Shown piece by piece: positions 1 to 11,221 of a DNA stretch of 64,000 nucleotides; position 1 is the stretch's first letter; every line of letters begins with the position of its first letter. The position numbers and the translations under genes were made by a program. The notes beneath the pieces were generated by a model, which made no database searches, was not told the DNA's origin, and saw only the letters and a list, made by a program, of their open reading frames with translations. The stretch comes from Takakia lepidozioides (Eukaryota; Plantae; Bryophyta), in assembly GCA_030704615.1 (NCBI GenBank), contig CM060731.1, positions 53,196,001 to 53,260,000 of the forward strand. The letters run 5' to 3'.

Positions 1-2466
1 CCAAAAAATGAGCCAAGATCCACTGTGGAAATTGTGAGATTATAGCGTTGGCCCAGACCTCAAATATCAGGTCCCAAAGAAAAAGTGAGAAAGAAATTGG
101 TTTGACCAAATCAAAACCTAGCTTTATCCAATTTTGCTTGCCCCAAGACCCACTATTTCCAAATCAATAGTGGAGTGGCTATGACCCCACTAAATTGCAG
201 GTCCAACTGATTTTTTCACCTATGCTTGCTATGCATGCAATTACATGGGGGTTGAAATCTCAAAATTGACAAGAGAAAATGTGCCTCCAAATGAAGTACT
301 TTTTTTTCTACAAATTTTTTGAAAGCCAATGGTGGATGTGTGTATGTAATGCTCACACACTAGATGGTGAAGTGCATAGCTGCTACCTGCTATCTAGTCA
401 ATAGAATGTTTATTTTCTATAAAGCCCCACATGACCTAACTCTTTAACATGGCCTTTGGAGTGCAATCTGTTTTGGGCTTGTTTTACTGCCACGTCAGCG
501 GTCAACAAGCCCTTTTCAGGCCCAATACGTAAAAATGAGATCTAAGATATTTTTTGTAGGTCGCAGCTTTTGTTTTTTTTTAGTTTTGTTTTTTGCATCA
601 TACTCAAGACAAATCCCTTGTCATTAAAGCTTCAGGAGTGGGCCCCATCAGATTAGATCTGCAAAAATTAGGTCGAACCTCAAATTCAAAGTGACCCGAT
701 TCAGGTCGCTTGGGAACTTAAGGGTTAACGAGAAGCTCAGGTTATAGAGTCATAGCAACAATTCATCGCATCATAAGAAATGTAACCAATAAAACAAAAT
801 CGGATCGTGACATTGTGTACATAATTTCAAGTTTTGCGGCATCTACTACGTAGATAGCTGTCCCACAACTTCGAGAACTTAACTTGACGATTGCTCTAGA
901 AATCTCACTGTGAGTGCCTGATCCGATTAAGCTTGTTATAAACACTTAAAAAAAATGTTTCCCAACTCGAGCCTTCTTGGCTTGCCTTGCAGTTTTCATC
1001 ACAGTGTCACCATCGACTTGCAGCTTCAGTTCAGTAAGCATCGACGCTCTAGAAGGTTATTGTAACCTCACATCCTTATTTCAAGTAAGGAGATGTTTAT
1101 GCAGAATCTCGCTCTGCTGGACTACACTCATGTCTTGTTTAAACTCGGGGTTTTTGTGGGTTGACTAGTGGTTGATTTCCTTACAGAGATGATTTCTAGA
1201 TTCTTAGCCCTTGCAGAAGCACTCTGTGATGGAAAGGTAGGTGGTCTCTGGCTAATCGAACTTGGCTGCTGGGATGGTTGTGGGGAGGTTTGCAGGCGGT
1301 TGGCAATGCGGTAGAATCGGCAAGTAGGGAGGGCCTGATGCGCCGGGTATTGTCATGCCCGAGACAGGTGCTTGTGAGCGTATTGCGCTCTGTGGAATCA
1401 CGGAATTCAGGTTGCCCTGTCTCCCGCCTTTCTGCTGCCTCCAATTTGTGCATAGGTCTATGGCTAGAAGGTGATGGCAAGCAGTGTTGGTAAGTACACC
1501 TCTCTGGCTCTGTGCGGGTCACAGCATTCATCAGTGTTTCGATCGTTTTAAGCAATCTGACACAGATCCCCCTTGCAGGTGACACACGCGTATTTGATTG
1601 CACCGGCAGTCACACCATGCTTAAGAGAGAGAGAGATAGGGCTTGTCTTGTCATGACATGTAAGGATCTGTCAAGACTTGACCAGGTCAGAAAGTTTTTT
1701 TTAAAAAACCAAAGACAAAAACAGCCTTGAACTGCAAGGCACCATCACCCTTCTCCTAAACCACAGGCTTGCTCCTGATTTGTTTCACACTTCTGGGTGA
1801 TCGGGGTGGGTGGTGGGGTTTGTTAGAAACCCTTCAAAACCCCCCCACCTTTCTTCATAGTGACAGACATCATACTGAAATTTGTATTCACTGTACTGTC
1901 ACACTGGGATTTCCAGGAAGCCGAAATTCGTGCTTTTTAGCATGTCATAATTCGGTTTCATCGAAGTAGCGCCAAAACGAATACTTCTCTGAAAATCACA
2001 CGTCTCAAAACTGAGACAAAACCAAGTCTTCCACCATAGCCCAAAACGGGTGTACTTCCATGTCTTAAAACAAAGCTAGCACAGTATTCAAAATGAAACC
2101 ACTCAGCTGGGCTGTAGACTGAGAGTGATCCAAGTCAAGACAGGTCTTCAGAACTTTCTGGTAACAGATCCCAAGGGCAGATTACTTCTGTAAAATACTT
2201 CCCTCAAGGAAACCTGAGGCTGTCGTCAAGCACTGTACCATTCTTCTTGGGCAGTGGCTGCCTCATGCGACAGGTGATTTCCATCATCTATGCAGTGTAC
2301 TCTGTAGCAAAACTTACACATACAGCTTAGAAATCCATGAACAGTGAAGGACCCTCACCTGCGCCCGTCCCAAAAACCACCACATCCAACAGAATGCGTG
2401 TTAGTGAGGATGCGCGAGGTGAGTAGCAAAATCACTTTATCTCACCTGAAATATTCTACCCAAGAT

Positions 2467-2494
2467 GAGAGAGAGAGAGAGAGAGAGACAGAGA
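2467..2494. repeat. (GA)n microsatellite
   Basis: Run of GA dinucleotides with one interruption. Confidence 0.85.
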
Positions 2495-2781
2495 GTTTTA
2501 CACTACTGTAGCCTTCCTCCTTACTCGATAAAGAGCTGCAGAAGATGTGCCCTTAAAGTGACTGAGGTAATTGGAACTTGGCAGAGCTCTCATCTTTGTG
2601 CTTTTCTTGCAGGCAGGTCAAGCAAAGAGCGAACAACGACTCTGGCAGGAGTTCCTCTCACATCCTTCACAATTGTGGAACAATGGGTTTGATGAGGTGA
2701 GGCTATCTTCATCTTCATTTATAATTTTGAAATAGGTTGTCAAGGGGGGCGTGCAACTGAAGCCTGCGCCTATGCAAGGTT

Positions 2782-5700
2782 GTGTTCTCACCTACCCATT
2801 GGTGGTTTTCACACAGAAGTTCAAGATCATGGGAGATCGGACAAAAAGTCACAATTGAGGCCCTTTGGATTGGGGGATTGTCAAGTACTCCTGGGGTGAA
2901 AGCAGTGCTAGTTGCCATGATGGAAGGTCAAGCACAATCCGTTGATGGATTAAACAAGAAGTCATTTGGCTCTTCTGGGGATGTGCTGACACTACGGAAG
3001 GGAGGACAACTGAAGGAGGCCTTGCACGTTTTGACTAACCAAGGATTTTCGCCAGACTCCAATACCTATGTGTGCCTATTGTCGGAGTGCATCAAAAGTG
3101 GAAACCTTGCATGTGCATGCCCACATTATCCAAAGTGGATTCAAGCCAAACATCTTTCTACTCAACACCCTTGTAAACATGTATGCCAAGTGCGGAAATG
3201 TGTTGGATGCACGCCTAGTGTTTGACAACATGGTGAAACGAGATGGGGTTACATGGACCAAAATGATCGCAGGATATGCTCGGCATGGGTGTGGCAGGGA
3301 GGCTTTCGAGATCTATCAGCAGATGCTACAGGAAGGGGTGATGCCAAACAACATCACATTCATTTGCATTCTCAAGGCCTGTGCCAGTCTAGGAGCTCTG
3401 GAAAAGGGCAAAGTGGTCCATGCCCACGTTACCCAAACGGGATTCAAGCCAAACATCTTTCTACTCAACACCCGAATCAATATGTATGTTAAGTGCGGAA
3501 ATTTGGTGGATGCACGCCTGGTGTTTGACACAATTCTTGAACGAGATGTGTTTACATGGACTATAATGATGGCAGGATATGCCAAGCATGGGTTTGGGAA
3601 GATGGCCATAGAGATTTATGACCAAATGAAATGGGAAGGGGTGACACCCAACAGGGTCACGTTCATTTCAGTTCTCAAGGCATGTGCCAGCCTGGCTGCA
3701 CTAGAAAGGGGCGTGGAGGTCCATGCTGACATCATCAAAGCTGGAATTGCACCAGATGTCATTTTGGAGACTGCCCTTGTTAACATGTATGCCAAATGCG
3801 GGAATATGAAAGATGCACGTCAGGTGTTCGACAATATGGCTATGCGAAATGTCATCTCTTGGAGTGCGATGACTGCAGGATATGCTGAGCATGGGTGTGG
3901 TAGGGAGGCTTTAGAGATCTATGAGCAAATGATCCAGGAAAGGGTGACCCCTGACAGGGTCACGTTCATTTGTGCTCTCAATGCGTGTGCCAGCCTGGCG
4001 ACCCTGGAAAATGGCATGGAGGTTCATGGTGACATCATCAAAGCTGGAATTGCACCAGATGTCGTTCTGGAGACCGCCCTTGTCAACATGTATGCCAGAT
4101 GTGGGAGCACAAAGGATGCACGTGAAGTGTTCGACAAAATGGCGGAGCGGAATGTGGTCTCATGGAATGTGATGACCACAGGATATGCCCAACAAGGGTG
4201 TGGTTTGGAGGCTTTGGAGATATATGAGCAAATGGTCCGGGAAGGGGTGACACCTGATAAGGTCACGTTCACTTGTGTTCTCAAGGCATGTGCCAGCCTG
4301 ACAGCCCTGGAAAAGGGCATTAAGGTCCATGGTGATATCATCAAAGCTGGAATTGCTCCAGATCTCATTCTGGAGAATACGCTTGTTGACATGTATGCCA
4401 AATGCGGGAGTATACAGGATGCCCGTCATGTTTTCAACAAGATGGCAGAGCGAAATGTGGTCTCATGGAACGCAATGTGCGGAGGATATGCTCAGCATGG
4501 GTGTGGTAGAGAAGCTTTTGAGATGTACGAGCAAATGATACAGGATGGGATGACACCCAACAAAGTCACGTTCATTTGCATTCTCAATGCGTGTGCCAGT
4601 GTGGCAGCTCTTGGAAAGGGCAGAGAGGTCCATGCTGACATCATCAAAGCTGGAATTGTGCCAGATGTCATTCTGGAGACTGCCCTTGTTAACATGTATG
4701 CCAAGTGCGGCAGCATAAAAGAGGCTCGTCAAGTGTTTGACAAAATGGTTGAACGAAATGTGGTCTCATGGAATGCGATGAGCACAGGATATGTTCAGCA
4801 AGGGTGTGCGAGGGAGGCTTTGGAGATGTACGAGCAGATGATACAAGAAAAGGTCACACCTGATAAAGTGACATTCATTTGTGTTCTAAGTGCATGTGCC
4901 AGCCTGGCAGCCCTGGAAAAGGGCATAGAGGTCCATGCTGACATCATCAAAGCTGGAATTGTGGCATATATAAATTTGGAGAATACCCTTCTCAACATGT
5001 ATGCCAAATGCGGGAACATAAAGGATGCACGTCAAGTGTTCAACAGTATGGCCGAACGAAATGTAGTGTCTTGGAATGCAATGATTGCTGGTTATGCCCA
5101 GCATGGGTGCGGAATGGAAGGCTTGCCTCTTTTTGAACAGATGCAACAGGAAGGGGTAAAGCCGAATGGTATCACCTTTGTTTGTGTGCTCTCCGCGTGT
5201 AGCCATGTTGGCCTGGTGGATGAAGGTTGTCACTACTTCGATTCCATGGATCGAGACCACAGCCTCACCCCCACAATGGAGCATTTTGGCTGCATGGTGG
5301 ACCTTCTTGGCCGTGCTGGCCAATTGCACAAGGCAGAGGATTTGATTAACAAAATGCCAGTTGAACCAGGTGCTGGCGTCTGGGGAGCCTTGCTTGGTGC
5401 CTGCAGAATTCATGGAAATGTGGAGCTGGCAGAGCGTGCGGCGAAATTCCTTCTCAGGTGGGATCCACAGGATGCTGCAACTTATGTGCTACTTTCAAAT
5501 ATCTATGCTGCGGCTGGCAGGTGGGATGATACTGCAAAGGTGAGAAAAATGATGCAGGACAGAGGTGTCAGAGGGGCACCAGGGCACTCCTGTGTTGAGG
5601 TGGACAACCAGGTGCATACGTTCATTGTAGATGACAAAGCACATCATCAAATTGAAGAAATCCATGGTGAGCTAAAGAGATTGTCTGGGCAGATGAAGGA

Positions 5701-5986
5701 GGCTGGGTATGTGCCTGACACCCGATATGTATTGCATGATGTGATGGAGGAGCAAAAACAAACTTCTCTTTGCTACCACAGTGAGAGACTGGCCATTGCT
5801 TTTGGGCTCATCAGCACGCCCCCTGGGACTCCTCTCCGTGTCATCAAGAATCTTCGGGTTTGTGGTGACTGTCACATGGCCACCAGGTTCATCTCCAAGA
5901 TTGTTGGGCGAGCAATTGTTGTGCGGGATGCCAACCGCTTTCACCACTTCCAATATGGGGTTTGTTCTTGTGGGGACTATTGGTAA
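2782..5986 (+). CDS. PLS-class PPR protein with E1-E2-DYW cytidine deaminase domain (C-to-U editing factor); 5' frameshift near 3110, possibly a young pseudogene
   Basis: ORF 3068-5986 holds about 22 P/L/S motifs in 101-aa (303-bp) triplets, then P2-L2-S2, E1, E2, a PG box (PGHSCVEV), HSERLA, CGDC and terminal SCGDYW. The N-terminal part (GQLKEAL...PDSNTYVCLLSECIKSGNLA) is in ORF 2782-3225, a different frame. First in-frame ATG after the shift is at 3179. Confidence 0.93.
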
Positions 5987-6134
5987 AACCGACAACATGC
6001 ATTATGCTCACCACTGCAGTAAAGAGTTTTTTCTTTTTTCATCCGGCAGTCAGCTCCCCCTTAATTACAGCGGGAGGAGAAAATAACCTCTTTCAAAGTA
6101 ACCTCGCCATGAGGCAGATACCACGGATTATGAT

Positions 6135-7325
6135 ATGATGGAGACTGCCCTTGTCAGCATGTATGCCAAATGCGGGAGCATGAAGGATGCTGCTTCAAGT
6201 GTTTCACAATATGGCCCACAAGAATGTGGTTTCATGGAGTGCGATGATTGCAGGATACACTGAGCAGGGGTATTGTAGGGTGGCTTTTGGGATGTATGAG
6301 CAGATGATAAGGGAAGGGGTGCTACCGAACAAAGTCACCTTCATCTGCGTTCTCAAGGCCTGTGCCAAACTCAGAAGCCCTGGTAAAAGGCCAAGAGGTC
6401 CATGGTGACATCATCAAAATTGGGATTGCAACAGACATCATGCTGGAGACTACTCTTGTTGACATGTATGCCAAATGTGGGAGCATGAGGGATGCATGCC
6501 AAGTGTTTGACAATGTGGCTCAGCGAAATGTGGTCTCATGGAGTGCGATGATTGCAGGATATGTTCAGCATGGTTGTGGTACGGAGGCCCTACAACTATT
6601 TGAACAAATTCAACAGGAAGGCTTGAAACCAAATGTTATCACCTTACATGTGTTCTGTATGCATGCAGTCATGTGGGTCTTGTGGATGAAGGGCGCCATT
6701 GTTTTCATTCCATGAGGAGATCATGACCTCACTCCTACAGTGGAGCATTTTGTCTGCATGGTGGACCTTCTTGGCCGTTCAGGGCAATTGGATAGGTAGA
6801 GGACTTCATACCCAGAATGCCACTCCAACCCGATTCAGCGGTGTGGGGGGCTTGGCTTAGTGCCTGCAGAATTCATGGTAATGTAGATGTAGCCGAACGT
6901 GTGGCAAAATGCCTTCTCAAGTGGTATCCATAGGACACTGCTACTTACGCATCTATGCTGCTGCCGGCAGATGGGGGGATACAGCAAGGATGAGAAAAAT
7001 GATGCAGGAGAGAGGTGTAAGAAATGAGCCAGGTGCGGCTGCATCGAGGTTGATAACCGGATGCATTGTTGTAGATGACAAAATTGCATCTACAAACTGA
7101 GAAAGTCCTCGCTGAACTGAAGAGATTTTCTGGTTGGATGGAGGAGGCCGGGCACATGCCTGACATATGTTCAGCATTGCATGATGTGGAGGAAGAGAAA
7201 TGTGTGGTGACTGCCACACTGCCAGCAAGGTCATCTCAAAGATTGATGGAAGAGCAAATGTTGTGCGGGATGCCAGCTGCTTTCATCACTTCCAAGATGG
7301 GTTGTTGTTGTAGGACTGCTGGTGA
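6135..7325 (+). pseudogene. Tandem PLS-E-DYW PPR pseudogene (5'-truncated)
   Basis: Motifs [51 protein letters not shown] and VRDA..FHHF are scattered across frames with several frameshifts and stops. The HxE segment between LHDVEEEK and CGDCH is deleted. Confidence 0.9.
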
Positions 7326-8232
7326 AACAAGCAACATGCACAAAAGAAAGGGTGCTGCCTGATACACGAGGGCGGCAAGGTGGTAGCAAGTCATTACTTT
7401 CGTCAGCAGAGAGTGAAGTTGGAAGAAACAGTGTGTGATCGAATGCAGCCGTCAGTGCTACATGCTGTGTTACCCACGGTAAGTCATGGAGACCCTTATT
7501 CCAGAGCAGTGTGATGGAGTGCAGGATAAAGAAAACTGCTCTGCACGGATCTTTAGTCAACCTGCCGTTCGACAACCAACAGTTGTAGGAAACATTGCCA
7601 TGATCTCACAGGCTCACTGAAGTCATTTTTCATGATGGGTTGAGAATAATTTCTTAGGAAGGGTTTGTCTAGTGACAAGTCTTCTTTAAAGGTGGAGCAT
7701 GTCAGAAGTAGACGCAACAAATTAAGGGCTTCCTTGTCTAAACAGGGTTGTGTTTTTTTGGAAAACGCAGGTGGACTGCTGGTGGCGCAACCACCCACTG
7801 TGGACCTTTGAGAAAGCAGCCCCAGGAGCAATGTTTGGCTATCTAGACATGGTTTTGACCTTGGTTTCCAATCTCAGCAGGGTAGAAACTACATGCGCAG
7901 GTATAGTACCTACACTGAGAGTCAGAAGCAATTGCCATCATGGAGGGTGAAGTGAAGAAGGCACAGCACCAGTGACAAAGACCATGAAACTAACAAAGTA
8001 TATGCAAAGTGCACACAATGCATGGCGCGCTGAACTAGGGTTAGCTTAACCAAACTGCAGTGAAGATTTTTCAGGAAACATCACCTTGGCACTTGCAGTC
8101 CAAGTACCCATGTTCACCAACGACTCCTTTGGGAAACCATGGTTAAGATCTGGTTACCCTGGTTACAACACTATGAATAAAACCAACTAATGGCCATCAA
8201 TTGGTTAACTATATGGTTACCCTCCGTACAAG

Positions 8233-8541
8233 CTAATAACACATATGATCCCCACATATGATATAGGGCTTAGGCCTACTCAATGTGGGGGCACTTGTGG
8301 GGTATGGGTTGGCCTTGGTACCCAGTCCAACCCCCTTGACATGCATGTATTTCTTGGGAAGCTTCCAGGTCTTGAAGTCATCATGATATGTTGTATCCCC
8401 ATCAAACTTGGCACCAGTTTGGCCCAAGCTGCATCCATGCTTGACCACCACATTCTTTGGCTGAGGCCCTCTGTTTATGAAGTCCATTGTGTAAGTTGTG
8501 TCTCCACAGAAGGGCCCCCCTCCGTGATGGGTTTGATGCTG
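8233..8541 (-). CDS. Putative terminal exon (or remnant) of a SAXO/FAM154-like microtubule inner protein
   Basis: Two copies of F.GDTTY..DF (PFCGDTTYTMDF; KFDGDTTYHDDFKTWKLP) resembling SAXO/Mn motifs. A splice acceptor (ttgatttttcag) lies just upstream on the minus strand. No upstream exons were confidently found. Confidence 0.55.
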   Translation of the reverse strand, partial: QHQTHHGGGPFCGDTTYTMDFINRGPQPKNVVVKHGCSLGQTGAKFDGDTTYHDDFKTWKLPKKYMHVKGVGLGTKANPYPTSAPTLSRPKPYIICGDHMCY

Positions 8542-8826
8542 AAAAATCAATTTGTAAAGGCACGGTGAAGTTCATGTATATTACATTTAAAGTTCTACTT
8601 GTGGATGATTATGCATGACCCTCTACACTAGACATTTTAAGGCTATCATGCGGACTTGTCTTGGTGGGGCTGGTTGGAGTAAAACGATAGTCATGTCACA
8701 CTAAAGGTAGATGCTGCCAATATACTAGACATTTATTCAGCAACACACGATTATCCGTCATATCCGAATGTTACTATGTCCATCAGGAAAATGTCCTTTC
8801 GTAAGGGCTTTGGCGTCTAACGCTCG

Positions 8827-8978
8827 ACAATGACATGCCTGGTGATATAATTAAGGCTGCTGGCATGACCACAATGACGTGCCTGGTGGTACACTTTAGG
8901 CTGCTGGACTGTACTCGCATGACCACAATGACATGCCTGGTGATATACTTTAGGCTGTTGGACTCTACGGGCATGACC
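8827..8978. repeat. Tandem repeat, 54-bp unit x3 (one copy 44 bp)
   Basis: Units ACAATGACRTGCCTGGTG...GCATGACC start at 8827, 8871 and 8925. Confidence 0.9.
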
Positions 8979-11221
8979 CAACTGTTGTGAATCACCGTGG
9001 AAGTTCCACCATGCCCAATTGGCTTGATATATAGGAGAGCGTAAACTTTCAGTGACTGTGGATATTGTCATCAAGCAGATAGTGTTCGAAGACCAATTCC
9101 ATGGTATTGTCACATGAGAAGTTTTGTACTTCAGAGGAAGTCTTAATAGATCCAGCTGAGCCGTATCTTATAACAAGTTTCACATTAAAGTTGTTCTCTA
9201 ATCAGAAAGGATTAGAGACGGCTGCATCAGAAGAGAGGTTCAAGTCCAGCTTCGCATAGAACCTATTTCAATCTCTCTCAAGATGAGGCAAAACGAGTAC
9301 CCCCGCCCTTGCGAGCAGTTCGAACTCTGAATAGTAGAAGTGCAAGTAGGATATCACGTCAAATTAGAGGAGCCGGATCATACACATGATTGGGGGTCAC
9401 AAGCAGGACTTTGTGCTCTTGGCAACGGATCTCCTTTAACTTGCGCCATAGAATTAACAGGCTAGATAACCTTGTGCGAGGTTCTGCACTGTTTATATAA
9501 ATTTGGGTACTAATTGATTAGTAGCTAGTAGCTCAATGCGAGCCTGACAACGAGTTGTAAAAATCAACAACTTCTGATCAATATGGGGTCTTTTCAGTGG
9601 TGAGATCACTCTACTGCAGTGCAACAAAGACATGCTCTCTATAAGCTGCAAGTAGCAAAATATAGTCCGCAAGAGAGATGTCAAAGTTGAGAGCTACTGT
9701 GCTCGAGACGTCTATGCTCTCTCTTCTAGCTCTAGTCTCTCTACAATGCAGCGAGTGATTTCGAAACAGTGAGAGTGACTCTTGCTCTCCAAACAGGCAA
9801 GTCCAACGATGCCCACTAAAATCTCTCCGGAGCACTCCCAAGGGTAAGCATCTCACGGATTCTCGTATTGTCCCCTGGTCGCTGTTCAAACACTCCGTGT
9901 AATTATTCCCTCAGATAATTTGACGTAAGACTTTAACTGGATTATATAGCTTCATATTTCACAGATAACGAATACTAGGTATATAGTTTTAAATTTTAGA
10001 ATAATTGTTTTTGATAAATGTCTCCAGTGCAAGATTTGAAAATGTACACCGACACAAAAAGGCCAATGATAATTACGAAGAGATATTGGTCCTTGCATGG
10101 ACCAAAAAAAAAGTAAAGTAAAGTATGACACCCCCCCCCCCCCCCCCCCCAAGAACGGACACAATGTATCTGTGGGGTATCGACTTGAGAATCTATCATT
10201 TGATACCATAAGATTTCGTATTTTGATGCGGTTCTGGTACCGAACATACTAGGGTTTATCATCTGTATGGACGAATGAAATTGTGAATCTGGACTGATTT
10301 GGTCTTTTCCTATGGGAATATAGCATCCAAAATGTGAACTTTTACTTAACCGCTAGAAACTTGACACGTGGCCTCCGATGTGGCTTCGTTGGGCACACTC
10401 AAATTTGAGTTTCCGTATTATATTATTATTAATCTTTTCATATATTAATATTTTATTAATTTTGGCGATGAAGCAAGGAAAACTTAAATTATTTTGGGCT
10501 CCCTCCCTTCAAGTCTTCTCACAAATTATTACCTGATTGTGGGAGAGAAAAATGAATCAAAATGAAGAAAGAGAAACAAGAAACAAAAACATTGGGTAAA
10601 TTGTAAATTCCTATTTCAAGTATGTGTTGGTATCTGTATTTGTATTTGTCGTAGTATTTGTAGTAGTATTCGTATCCATCATCATATTGGGGTGAGCATC
10701 GTGTGTGCAGTTGATTCTCGAGGTTTTTCTGACTGCAAAGCCTGTTTGCTGAAGATGAACACCAAGAACCTGCGGATGCCATGGTGATGGGGTTCGTCTT
10801 CTTCTTGTCCTGATGCAGACCTCTCATCGCGTGTTCTCTCCATGATTCCTACATTATTTTAACTTTCTGATAAGATTTCATAGCCGTCGTCTCCGTGTGT
10901 CCGATTGTCTCTCGTCACTACAGAAGTCTTCTTCTGGTTATTTCCCTGGTGAATTCATCGGTGTGGATAGTCTTTGTGATTTTCTTTTCCATGTCTGGCG
11001 TGTTTTGGTTGCAGCTTCTTATGAGAGTACGGGGATGTAGGCGATCGGATAAAAGGCTGAGTGTTTGATTGCAGTTTTGAGCTTTATTTTCAATTGTTTA
11101 TTTCCATTTCAGTCTTGGGAAACACCGCCGGAGACTTTGTAGACAAGAAGCACCCTGTAGACACGCCAAGGAGGAAAACATTCTGCACCTTGTCCTTGAT
11201 CAATCAAACACACAGACAAGG

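Noticed and set aside
1-960. Possible DNA transposon end (AAGGG-TTAA near 720) and Helitron-like peptide at 763-945
   Set aside because: No partner terminal repeat in the window, and the motif similarity is too weak.
8827-8978. CRISPR-like array
   Set aside because: Units are contiguous with no unique spacers, there are no cas genes, and the context is eukaryotic.
9130-9900. Coding-like, stop-interrupted stretch on the minus strand
   Set aside because: No recognisable domain; it may be an old transposon relic but cannot be supported.
10519-10827. Tyr-rich ORF (YEYYYKYYDKYKY)
   Set aside because: Translation of a GTATTT/GTA-type simple repeat upstream of the patatin gene.
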